A stretch of DNA of 64,000 bases from Eledone cirrhosa (taxonomy: Eukaryota), in NCBI GenBank assembly GCA_964016885.1, contig OZ024740.1, positions 73,966,001-74,030,000 of the forward strand, written 5' to 3'. Shown piece after piece: positions 11,230-22,428 of the stretch. The position numbers and the translations under genes were made by a program. Position 1 is the first letter of the stretch. Each line of letters begins with the position of its first letter. The notes below the pieces were generated by a model. It made no database searches and was not told the DNA's origin. It saw nothing but the letters and a program-made list of their open reading frames with translations.

Positions 11230-12480
11230 ACCAGGAGTGGGCAAACTACAGCCTGCAGTATCTGCATAACTGGTCTTGGCTTCCTTATCCACTAAATGCT
11301 TTCCACTTAATCTTGTAAGTCTCCCTGGACCTGTCAGTTTTGTGGACCTTCTTGGCTTTAGGTAGTCTCAAGTAGCAGATACCTAGATGGAGATCAGTTG
11401 ATAGCTTAGCCCTTCTCTTAACATAAACATTTAACACAGAAGAGATCAGAGACAATAACAAAATCAGTTATTGATCTCTGTCCCCAATTCCCCTTAAACA
11501 ATGTATATTTATGGATGTCTCTGTGCTGGAAGAAGGTGTTCATAATAGAAAGCCTATCATTAGAACAGAAGTCCAATAAGGCCTCTCCATTTATATTTAT
11601 ATCAGGATCACAATTCCTTCCAATTACTCTTTTCCATGTCAGATGGTCAGTGCCTACATGTGTATTGAAGTTTCCTATTAGGATATATTACTCAGTCATG
11701 TATCCTAATAGGATATATCCTCTATCTAATGCTGCAGTGACTTCATCAAGGAAGGATCTGTTTTCAAACTCTCTCATCATCATCATCATTTCATTTTACG
11801 TCCGCTTTTCCCTGCTTGCAAGGGTGAGACGGGAACTGATTCTGGCTTGATTTCTACAGCTGGATGCCCTTCCTAACACCAACCTCATTTACAGTGAGTG
11901 CTGGGTACTTTTTTGCCGTGGCACCTACACGACCACTTTGCAGTGGAATGATAAGGACCTCAGTCCCTATCATCTCATTTCTACAGCTGAGTAAACTGGA
12001 GCAATTTGAAATAAAGTGTCTTGCTCAAGGAAACAACACACCACCCGGTCTGAGAATTGAACTCACAACCTTTCGATTGCAAGGCCAATGCTCTAACCAC
12101 TAAGCCATGTGCCTCCATGTTTGGTGCATAAACTTGCACCGCTCACAGAAACCTTTCTTTCAGCCAAAGCTTCAACAAGCAAATCTCCCTCCTAATGGGA
12201 TCTGGTTCATAACACATGCTGACAGCTGAGAGCTTGTGAATATCCCAACTCCTACCTGTGCAGTCTTTTTTGGCATCATACCCGAATAGTGGAGATTCCA
12301 TCCTCCATTCAAATTTACAGTAACAAAGCCATAGAACTTCGTTGAGGAAACCCTAACTATATTGAGCGGGTAGCATCTGGTCTCCATTAATTCCTGCTCC
12401 TTACCTGTAAAGATTGTGACATTCCAGTTATTAATTGTCAAGTTTTGCTTCCTTCCTTTTGGGGTCTCAGCATACATACC
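11230..12480 (-). mobile_element. Degraded APE region of a different RTE lineage (Rex3/Expander-like), split by a SINE
   Basis: ORF 12172-12477 reads WNVTIFTGKEQEL..GWNLHYSG..VGVGIF. Beyond the SINE it continues with NFNTHVG, LLDFCS, IMNTFFQH and DFVIVS. Confidence 0.75.
11775..12116 (-). mobile_element. SINE family A, full length
   Basis: Reverse complement of 3358-3688 at high identity, with (CAT)n at the left end. Confidence 0.92.
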
Positions 12481-12819
12481 CTTTTTGCATCCATCCCATG
12501 CCTCCTAGGACAGGTTGCAGGTGCATCACCAGTTCTTGCAGTGTTGGATGGAGACTGCAATATATTTTCTGAACATACTTAAGGTATGAACACATCCCTT
12601 GTTATCCTGCATGACGGATGATGTGGAATTACTGCCTTTATTATTTCTGGTGCCATGATAAATTACACCCAATCCATTCTGTAAAGTGGTAGTGTTAGTA
12701 CTTTCCCCTCCCCTAAAATTGTTGGCCTTGTGCCTAAATCAGAAACCATGATTTATTTCAAGGATGTTTGGAGAAAACTGAATCATTCTAGCTATATAGT
12801 ATTATCATCACAACCATTA

Positions 12820-13063
12820 CTACCACCACAACATAATTATTGTCATCATCATCATCATTGTCATCATCATCATCATCAGTCATCATTATTGTCATCATCA
12901 TCATCATTGTCATCATTATTGTCATCATCATCATCATTGTCATCATCATTGTCATCACCATCATCAGTATCATCAACATTACAATCGTCATTGTCATTGT
13001 TGTCATCGTCGTCGCCCTCTTCCTCCTCCTCATCATCATCAACATCATCATCATCATCATCAT
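12820..13063. repeat. Degenerate (CAT)n/(TGTCATCAT)n microsatellite
   Basis: Directly visible. It generates the spurious poly-H/S/I ORFs. Confidence 0.95.
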
Positions 13064-13904
13064 ATTTCTTAGCTATTTTATGCTCACTGCAATGTCATGC
13101 TTCTGCCCCCACACCAATTTCAATTGTTCCAATCCTGTGCCCTTCTCACCTATAAACGTATTGATTTCATTTCTCCATCTCATCCTGATGTATTCCTTGA
13201 TTATTCGAACCTTATTACAAATTAATCTATAATACATGTTTGATTATGAGAAAGAATAGTAAAAATTTGATGAGGGATAGCTAATAATAAATGTCTTCAT
13301 TAGCAGGCATTGGACATAGGAAAAGAAAACTGTGAAATAAGAAGTTGGTATACATAATAGCACCACATACCACCTATTTCATTAGGGATAATAATGGGGA
13401 ACATAACTTTTGGTACCTTCGATGTTAGACCTGTTTTGGGTATATTGAGGTCACTGATTAGTTTTCCTCCATTAGCTCTGCTTATCAAAATATGATATAT
13501 AGGGAGTCATAGGGACCCCATATTAACATATGGCAGTTCTGGAACACTTTATAAGCTTGGTGAAGCCCCCCCCCCCCTCTTCTCCAGGTCTGAATACAAC
13601 ATATTTCTTCCAGAAAAGGAGAAAGAGAGGGAGGAAGAATGGAAGTGAGAACAAGATGTAGAAGAAGAATCACCCCCAGTACTAGATTGGTACTTTTTGT
13701 TTTTACCTCTACATTATATATATCTATATATAATGTATATAATATTATATAATTGCTAATGTGCAATCACTGTAGTAGCCAAATGTATTAAAAAGTTTGA
13801 GAATGTTAACAAAAAGAGTATATTAACATCACAAAATTATAAAGTATGAAAATGTTTATTAAAGGCACAGATGACTGAAAAAAAACACATTTTTTCAATG
13901 CATT

Positions 13905-15764
13905 AACCACACTGAAATTTCCTGCGATGAGATATGCCTTGGTATTCATGCGCAGTGTTCAGGTAGTAATCTGCCATCATGTGGATATCCCATCGTCTGT
14001 AGCGCCATTCTTCCATTATCCTTAGTTCTTGGTGAAATCATTCACCCTGTTTCTCATTTAGTTCACCAAAGTTTCTGAAAAATGATCCTAATGACTGTGG
14101 AGATGATATAGTTTGATGCTCATTTTACACACAAACTTACAAAATAAAGAGAGTACATTCTTCATAAGTTCATCATAGTTACCAGCCTTGCAGTTCTCAA
14201 GGAAATTCTTTACAAATATACTAAACTATGACCATGCAATGTTGTCTATTGAATCTTGGAAACACGAGTCATTTATGAATTCACGGATTTGTAGTCCATC
14301 AAAAATCTTTGCATTCAGCTTTTCCATGCTCAGCACAGGAAATTTTCTACATATATAGCCAAAACATGCCCCATCTCTGCTCAGAGCCATTATAAATTGT
14401 TTCATCAAACCTAGTTTGATGTGCAGTGGTGGCAATGTGATCTTTTCACTGTCAACCGAATGTTCATTGATGATATTATTTTCTCCAACCACCAAGTTTT
14501 CTCTCAGAGGCCACTGTCTTCTCACCCAGTGTTCAGATTTAGTCCTACTGTCTCAGAGACATATTAAGCACAACTAATTGGTGTACCCACTCTGCTAGCC
14601 CAGGGAAAATTCACCATCTTCAGATTCACACAGATCAACCATTGGTAGTCTTGGTATAGTGTCTATTATAAGACTAGGGTGACTGTCTCATGCTCTTCAC
14701 TCATACCAACTGAGTGGCCAATTGGTATTAATCTGTATCTGTTGCGATTGTGTAGGAGAACACATTTCAAGCTACATTTGGAGCTATCTATGAATAACAA
14801 TCATACACTTGGTTTGTATTTTGATATGCCTAGTTTCACAAGCAATCCCTGCACATTGTTGCAGAAAACAAAATCATTATCTTTTAAAAGAAGTAGAATA
14901 GTAAATTCGTTGCACTGTCGCAATACAATGTGAAACAATAAACTTTTTTTCCCAGCTGAGAGGCTAACAATTCAGACAATTCTTTGAAAGATTTAAGTTT
15001 CTTATGAGGTTGTTCAGTTCCTGTTGACTAAAATGTTCTGCAACTGATGATGCTATTTTAAAATCACTGCAATTTTTCTCACATATGCTTTCTTTGTCAG
15101 TACTTAATTCATCATCTGCTTCAAAGAGCCCTGGAAGATTGCTGAATGATGGGATAGGTATTTTATTTGAATGAACAAGAGGCTGTCTAGCTTCGTCTGT
15201 GATAAGATACATCCATTTACTCTGGTTACATCCATTAATGCCCTTTATATATGGTTTTCTGTTCTCATCATACCATTGGTATACCAAATTTCAAGCACAT
15301 CCTCTTTCTATTGGTCCATTGCTGCATATGCTCTGTACATATTTTACACACAACACGAAGAGCCCAATAATTGTACTTCCCAAATCACTAAAGTTTTTCT
15401 CTGTTCAACGAATATGTACTCTCCATAAATAAAACAAAAAAAAAAACATCTGGAAGATTCAATCATTTTCTTCATGATGAAGCCATGTGAACACCTGTAT
15501 CAGGAAATAATTCATGTTAGTACACATTCCAGGTAACAACGTCAGCAAAATCATAGCTTACAATTTAATCATACAGATACATTTAGATTTACATGCAACT
15601 TATAATACCATTGCCAAAGGTAATGACATTAAAATATCTCAAAACATGGAGTTGTTGAAACAAAATGGATGGTATTTCCTGAATAACAGCATGAAAATAC
15701 TCCAAATCTGATCTAAAATACTCCCCTCAAAAGGCACCAAGAAACCTTCTTTTGTTCCTCAGTG
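13905..15764 (-). mobile_element. Chapaev3-type (CMC) DNA transposon with pseudogenised transposase
   Basis: ITLPPLHIKLGLMKQFI (ORF 14226-14525), EQGE*FHQEL near 14030, QQELNNLIRNLNLSK, and an N-terminal C-x2-C remnant. Terminus TTA|CACTGAGGAAC on the minus strand at 15764. The other TIR was not located. Confidence 0.8.
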
Positions 15765-15805
15765 TAATCAGTAGAAAATAAAATACAGTATTATACAGAT
15801 TTCAA

Positions 15806-15836
15806 CACAGCAACAACAAATACAACAACAGCAACT

Positions 15837-15875
<39 letters not shown>

Positions 15876-16152
15876 AGTTGATGCGACCATATTTCAACAC
15901 AACTACAACACAACAACAGCAACTACAACAACGCTGACAGCAACAACAACAACAGCAACAACACCATTGTCTGTGTTGAATGTGTGTGTATGTATGTATA
16001 TATATATGTGTATGTATATATATATGTATGTGTCTATATCACACACGCGAAGCGAACAAATTTCAAATTTCAACCCAGTGTCTGCAACAACACCAACACC
16101 AACAACACCATTGTCTGCAGCAGCATCAGTGAAATGAACAGCAACAACGGCG

Positions 16153-16184
<32 letters not shown>

Positions 16185-16205
16185 AGCAGCAGCAGCAGCA
16201 GCAGC

Positions 16206-16269
<64 letters not shown>

Positions 16270-16405
16270 GCTGCCACCACCATCACTGACACCATCCACC
16301 ACCACCACAACCACCACCACCACCACCATCACCATCACCGACACCAGCCACCACCACCACCATCACCATCACTGACACCATCGACCACCACCACCACCAT
16401 CACCA
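15806..16405. repeat. Compound (CAA)n/(CAG)n/(CAC)n microsatellite region
   Basis: Directly visible. Confidence 0.95.
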
Positions 16406-16444
16406 GCGATCAGGCCTTAAAAACAACTATAATACTAAATAACT

Positions 16445-16545
16445 ATTCTGTTCTTGGCACGGGGCAGCGATTGTCCCAGCGCATTGCTGGTGCCTTGTTT
16501 TGGGGTCCGGAGAGTGGAGAGCCGTTGCTCTATGCTGTAAAGCAA
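16445..16545 (-). mobile_element. SINE family B relic with many plus-strand A>G differences
   Basis: TTGGCACGGGGCAGCGATTGTCCCAGCGCATTGCTGGTGCCTTGTTTT versus TTGGCACAAGGCCAGCAATTACCCAGTACATTACTGGTACTTTATTTT at 7027. Confidence 0.7.
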
Positions 16546-16619
16546 ACAATTATTATTATTATATAAAAACTGAACTGGAAAAGTCAACAGTTGACATGAT
16601 TTTGTATCAGTACTGACGG

Positions 16620-16673
<54 letters not shown>

Positions 16674-16779
16674 ATGTGTGTTTGTATGCATGAGTGTTGG
16701 TGTGTGAGTGAGTGTGTGTGTGTGCCGTGAGTGTTAATAAGTGGTGGGGTTTTTTTTAATGACCATGCTGTAAAATGGA

Positions 16780-19700
16780 GGGGTAGAGAGGGCCCATGAG
16801 TCCAGTAAGACATCCTCTCTAGTGCTGGTGGCACAAATAAAAGCACCCAATCCATGCTGTAAAGTGGCACTGGTGTTAGGAAAGGCATCCAACCACTGTA
16901 TCAATGCCAAAACGATTATAAGCACTGCAACAAGTATATAGGAACAACAAAAATATGAAGACGTCGCATCTCAGAGTTGCAACACTTAATGTTGGCACTC
17001 TCACAGGTAGATCTGCTGAAATAGCGGAGATGCTGGAGAGAAAGCATGTGGATGTGTGCTGCGTGCAAGAGGTGAGATGGAGAGGTGCCTCTGTGAGACT
17101 AGTCGCAGGCAAACATCTTAGCTATAAGATTTTCTGGGTAGGTAAGGATGATGGGTTAGGGGGAGTAGGCATTTTCCTGGCTGAGAGATGGATCAATAAG
17201 ACACTAGAGGTAGTTCGAGTTAGTAATCGAATAATTAAGCTTAGATTAGTTGTAGGCAGGAGACTACTGACAATCATCTCTGCCTATGCTCCCCAAGCAG
17301 GCCTAGGCAAAGAAGAGAAAGACTGCTTTTACGAGCAGCTTTTACAAACAACCGCAATGACAGAGGACGGAGACATCGTTATGCTAGCAGGAAACTTCAA
17401 TGGTTATGTTGGACAGCTCCAGGATGATTACACTGGGGTACATGGTGGGCACGGTTATGGCTCAAGAAATGAAGATGGAGTGAGACTTCTTGAATTTTGT
17501 GATACAAGTGCACTGACTATTTGCAACACTAACCTCCAGAAACCTGCCAACCACCTAATAACCTACAAATCAGGTGAGCACATAAGCCAGATTGACTTCT
17601 TACTAGTTAGGCAGCGGGACAGGCAGATGGTGTCAAATACCAAGGCATACCCAGGGGAAGAATGTACCCCACAGCATAGGTTAGTCGTTATTGATATCTC
17701 TGTAAGCAAGAGATGGAATGAGACATACAGGAAGGTGTGGAGAAGAAAGATCTGGAAGCTAAAAGACCTTTCATCATCATCATCATCATCATCAACGTTT
17801 AACGTCCGTGTTCCACGCTTGCATGGGTTTGGACGGGGGTTTTCCCACTTGAGGCAAGAGTGATTGTCTTGCTCGCATAGGACTGTCTGGCAGGTTTTCT
17901 ACAGTTGGATGCCCTTCCTAACACCAACCACATTTACAGTGTGGGTCTGGGAGGTTTTTACCGTGTTGCCTACACGGCCACATTACAGCGTGGACTGTGT
18001 GTGTTTTTGTCGTGACACCTACACGATCTCATTTGTTTCGGCCTGGATGGTGTGGCACCAACATAACTTTACATAGAAGGGGGCGGTGTGGATGGGGTGG
18101 GTGTGGTGGGACGGGGGTGTATTTTGTTAGAGATGCCTACTGACTGTAGTAGGTTTTACTATGTATTTAGGTAAGGCGGGTCTTCTCTATTACTGAGTAC
18201 CGCCAAAGGTCTCGGTCCAGTGACATTGTCTTGGAGAGGTGTAAGTGTGTGAGGTCGGAGTTTATCAGCTCATCCCAGGTTTTTCTAGGTCTGCCTATTC
18301 CGTGGCTACCGTCTATCTTTATTGCCCTGCACTTTGTTATACAGCTATCGACTTTCATGCGCATCACGTGTCCATACCAACGTAGCCTTCTCTCGAGTAA
18401 ACAACATCTGATCCCTCTTATTTCTAATTTTTTCCTTAGTTCGTTTATGCTTTGCTGTTCACGTATATTACTATTACACATCCAGCGGAGCATGCAAGCT
18501 TCATTCCTCTCTAGTCTGCGTATATCCTCTGCACACAATGCCCAGGTCTCACTGCCATGCAACATTGCTGTTCGTATGCAGGCATCATACAACCTGCCTT
18601 TCGTTTTTAGGGAGAACCCTTTAGCGGCTAATAGTGGTATAAGCTCTCTGAACTTTTTCCATCCAGTTCGGACTCTAGCTACTGTACTTTCAGAGCACCC
18701 TCCCCCACTGCTGATTTTGTCACTCAGGTAACGGAAGCTGTCCACTATTTCTATAGAGCCCTCTGCGCAGTTGAAAGAGCTAGTATTTTGTGGGCACTTG
18801 CTGCTACTTATTGCACCAGAGCACCAGCCACATGTGAAATCTATGTTCTTAGTTAGCTTACCTGTGATCCCACTACATCTTTTATGCACCCACTAAAATA
18901 CAAATTTAGGAAAGCCCTTCAAGATGTGTATGACGAAAAAGAAGATGATTTAGAGATGTATGACATAGATAATAACTGGAATTTCTTACGTGACAACTTA
19001 CTGCAGGCTACGGATGAAACTTGTGGCTGGAGCAGAGCTCCAACCAGACAGAGAGTGACCTGGTGGTGGAACAGCACGGTAGATAAGGCCATTGGAGACA
19101 AAAGACTAGCATGGAAGGCTTGGAAAAAGGGTGGGAGTAGAGAAGGATATACAGCCACTAAGAGAGAAGCTGGACGCCAGGTGTACTTAGCACGCAGGGA
19201 GGCTGAGAGTAGGAGGTTTGCCAATGTTCTGCGACGGGAAGATCAGAGGCGTGCAGTGTTCCACGTTGCAGGGCAGTGTGTCGGTGCAGGTCGGGGTGTT
19301 GTTGGAGATAGGAGTGTCTGGAATGATGCCGGTGCACTTAGTGTCACGAATGATCAGAAAAAGGAGGCCTGGAAATGTCATTATGAGAGACTGATGAATG
19401 TGGAGGATGAATGGGAGAGAGAGAAATTACCCTCAGTAGACCCGACAGAGGGACCAGCTATTGAGATTGACGAATATAGGGTCCAAGAGGCGATTGAGGA
19501 AATGAAAAATGGTAAGGCTGCTGGACCATCGGGAATAGTTGCTGAGATGCTGAAGGCATCAGGGGACGTAGGCACTAAACTGGTTGCACGCATCATCAAT
19601 CAGGCTATATATGGTGGTGTCATACCCAAAGACTGGTGCAGCAGTATTCTCATAAATTGCTACAAAGGTAAAGGGGATGCTCTGGAGAGGAGCAATTATA

Positions 19701-21140
19701 GGGGTATAAAACTGATGGATCAGGTTATGAAAGTAGCACAACTAATTAGAGAAAGGGTCAAACTAGATGAGATGCAGTTTGGTTTTGTGCCTGGGAAGAG
19801 TACAACAGATGCCCGCTTCTTGGTGAGACAATTGCAAGAGAGGTTCTTAGAGAAAAATAAGCCACTATACTTAGCCTTTGTTGACCTAGAGAAGGCCTTT
19901 GATAGGGTACCCCGATCTGTCATCTGGTGGTCCCTAAGGAAACTAGGTGTTGAGGAATGGCTTTTGAGGACAGTGCAAACTTTGTACAGAGGTGCTGTCA
20001 GTAAAGTCAGGGTAGGAATGGAGTTTAGGGAGGAATTCCAGATACAAGTAGGAGTGCATCAAGGTTCGGTCCTCAGCCCGCTCTTGTTCATTATAGTCCT
20101 CCAGGCCATGGCAGAGGAGTTTGAGACTGGTTGTCCATGGGAACATCTCTATGCTGATGATCTGGTTCTTATAGCAGAATCAGTAGAGGAGCTGGAGAAT
20201 AAATTCTGGCTATGGAAACTGCAGTTGGAAGCAAGACGACTGAGAGTGAACCTAACTAAGACAAAAGTGTTGATGAGTAGAAAAGAGGACAAAACTCTAA
20301 TTCCATCAGGGAAATGGCCATGTTCGATATGCAGAAAAGGAACTGGCATAAATTCTATAAAATGCACACAATGCAGATCCTGGGTACACAAGAGATGTAG
20401 CGGGATAGCAGGAAAACTAACAGGTAGGGAGAAATATGTATGCAGTAGATGTACAGGGAAATTAGACAGTAGAAGTCGCATAGATAGTCACATTTTTCAA
20501 ATGCAGGCGGGTGCTATAGAAGTGGTGGATAGCTTCCGGTACCTAGGAGATCAGATTAGCATGGGAGGGGGGTATTCCAAGGCCATAGTATCTAGAATAA
20601 GGATGGGTTGGAAGAAGTTTAGGGAGCTGCTTCTTCTGCTGACGAAGAAGGGTTTCTCCCTGCATACGAAAGGTTAGTTATATGATGACTGTGTGAGGAG
20701 CGCAATGCTGCTTGTTAGTGAGACATGGGCAGCAACTGCACAGGATATGCGACGGCTGGAGAGAAATGGGGCAAGCATACTCCGTTGGATGTGCAATGTC
20801 AATGTGCGTGAATGACCCAGCATGAATGTGTTGAGAGAGAAACTGTCTGAGAGGGATAGAATGTAGTGTGCGAGAGAGGAGACTGAGGTGGTATGGACAT
20901 GTGATGTGCATGGACGATGACCGATGGGTGAAGAAGTGCCAGGAAATGCCAGTTGAAGGAAGACGTGGTAGAGGTAGACCAAGAAAAACATGGGCGGAGG
21001 TGGTGAGAACAGACCTCAGATCGCTGAAGCTCACAGTGGAGATGACGAAGGACCGTGAAAAGTGGAGAGATGCTGTGCTGAATAAGACCTGTCCCACCCT
21101 TGCAAGCAGGGAAAAGCAGACGTAGAATGATGATGATGAT
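16780..21140 (+). mobile_element. Near full-length RTE LINE (family B): APE-RT-PHD-like finger, split by a nested antisense RTE
   Basis: APE ORF 16955-17773 plus RT ORF 18893-20677 (QFGFVPG, FVDLEKAFD, VHQGSVLSP, LYADD), C-terminal remnant to ~21125, and (GAT)n tail at 21128-21140. Confidence 0.96.
17774..18892 (-). mobile_element. 5'-truncated RTE family A copy nested inside the family B LINE
   Basis: ORF 18167-18889 is the RT C-terminus, the 3' UTR matches 9195-9600, and there is a (CAT)n tail. Confidence 0.95.
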
Positions 21141-22321
21141 ATACAATTCTTTATGAGAACATTTTTATCAGAATCTAGATAAAAGATAATGAACAGGAAA
21201 ATTTAAAGCATTTGGTTCTCTAAAATACAAAAAAGAAGATCCCTTTAGCAAGAAAAGTAAGAAAAACGAACAGACAGAAATAAATAAGTCATATGGTTTT
21301 TAATGTGTAATTTAGTGATGTAAGTTTATACAGAGTTTTTATTTATCAGCTTTTCTCCTCTAATTGAAGAAGATAAATTTCATTGTATTACTAATTGCAT
21401 CATTTGATAGATTGACTTCTCTCACACTCCAATTAATTTCTCGTTTATACATTTCATGAGAGATTGATACTTTAAGTTATTGTAAATGATCTCCTGGTTT
21501 TAAAGGCGGCAAAGCTTCCATTCTGGGGTCAGGTGATCTATCGAAATGGCACCTAATATGATCTTAAATCTAATGCAAAACAACAATGAAGCTTGTAGTT
21601 ATCAAGAAACATTTATTTATTTATGTTGTGTGTTTTTTTTTATCTTCTGGCAAGAAGAAAATTATTTATCTTCTCAAATCACCCACTTGTGTATTATGAG
21701 AAGGAGAGGAATAAGCTAACTCTGATAGGATAATTTATTGAATTACTATCTAAAGAAATGCTTTATATTCTTTTAAAATTAATGACTAATGGCAAGTATT
21801 TAGAGGATGAAAAGAGACGAAACTGTCTACAAGATTCTGTTTATTTGCTTTCATGGAAAAGCATTGAACACAACAGCTGAAAGGTTTAAAAGTTCAATTT
21901 CAGCTGAATAACTATTACAGGGATGAAGTACTCCAAGAGAAATTTTGCAGGTGGAACAAGATTACTTTCAGAACCTTAGTGGCGTAGGGGATGGAGGGAA
22001 CTCCATTCAAGGGAGCTGAGAGGTTTCTATTTAGGGTAAGGTGGGTATCAGTTATTCATGGATCTCTCTTTGTCTCTTTGGGCCACATACCAATGTCCCA
22101 GCTGAATCCATTCCTCAAAGGCCTTGATAGAGATTGATTTAATTTGTTTAACATTTTATAAAAAGAAAAAAAATCATGCATAGCCCATCTGGTTAAAAAG
22201 CTTTATTCTCAACCATGTGATTTCAGGTTTAATCCCACCATGCAGTGGCTTGGACAGTTTGATCAATGGTGTATAAGTGAAATTGTGAAATATAGTAGAT
22301 GGAAAATGTGCAGAAGCCTGT

Positions 22322-22415
<94 letters not shown>

Positions 22416-22428
22416 TATATATATATAT

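Noticed and set aside
12730-13232. Poly-His/Ser/Ile ORFs, and similar poly-Q/N/YI/HT ORFs at 15.9-16.3, 38.2-38.5, 41.8-42.1, 45.3-45.8 and 50.9-51.5 kb
   Set aside because: They are translations of microsatellites with no domain content.
21490-21554. Possible minus-strand terminal exon (CHFDRSPDPRMEALPPLKPGDHLQ*)
   Set aside because: Short, no recognisable homology and no partner exons. It would need RNA-seq or BLAST support.
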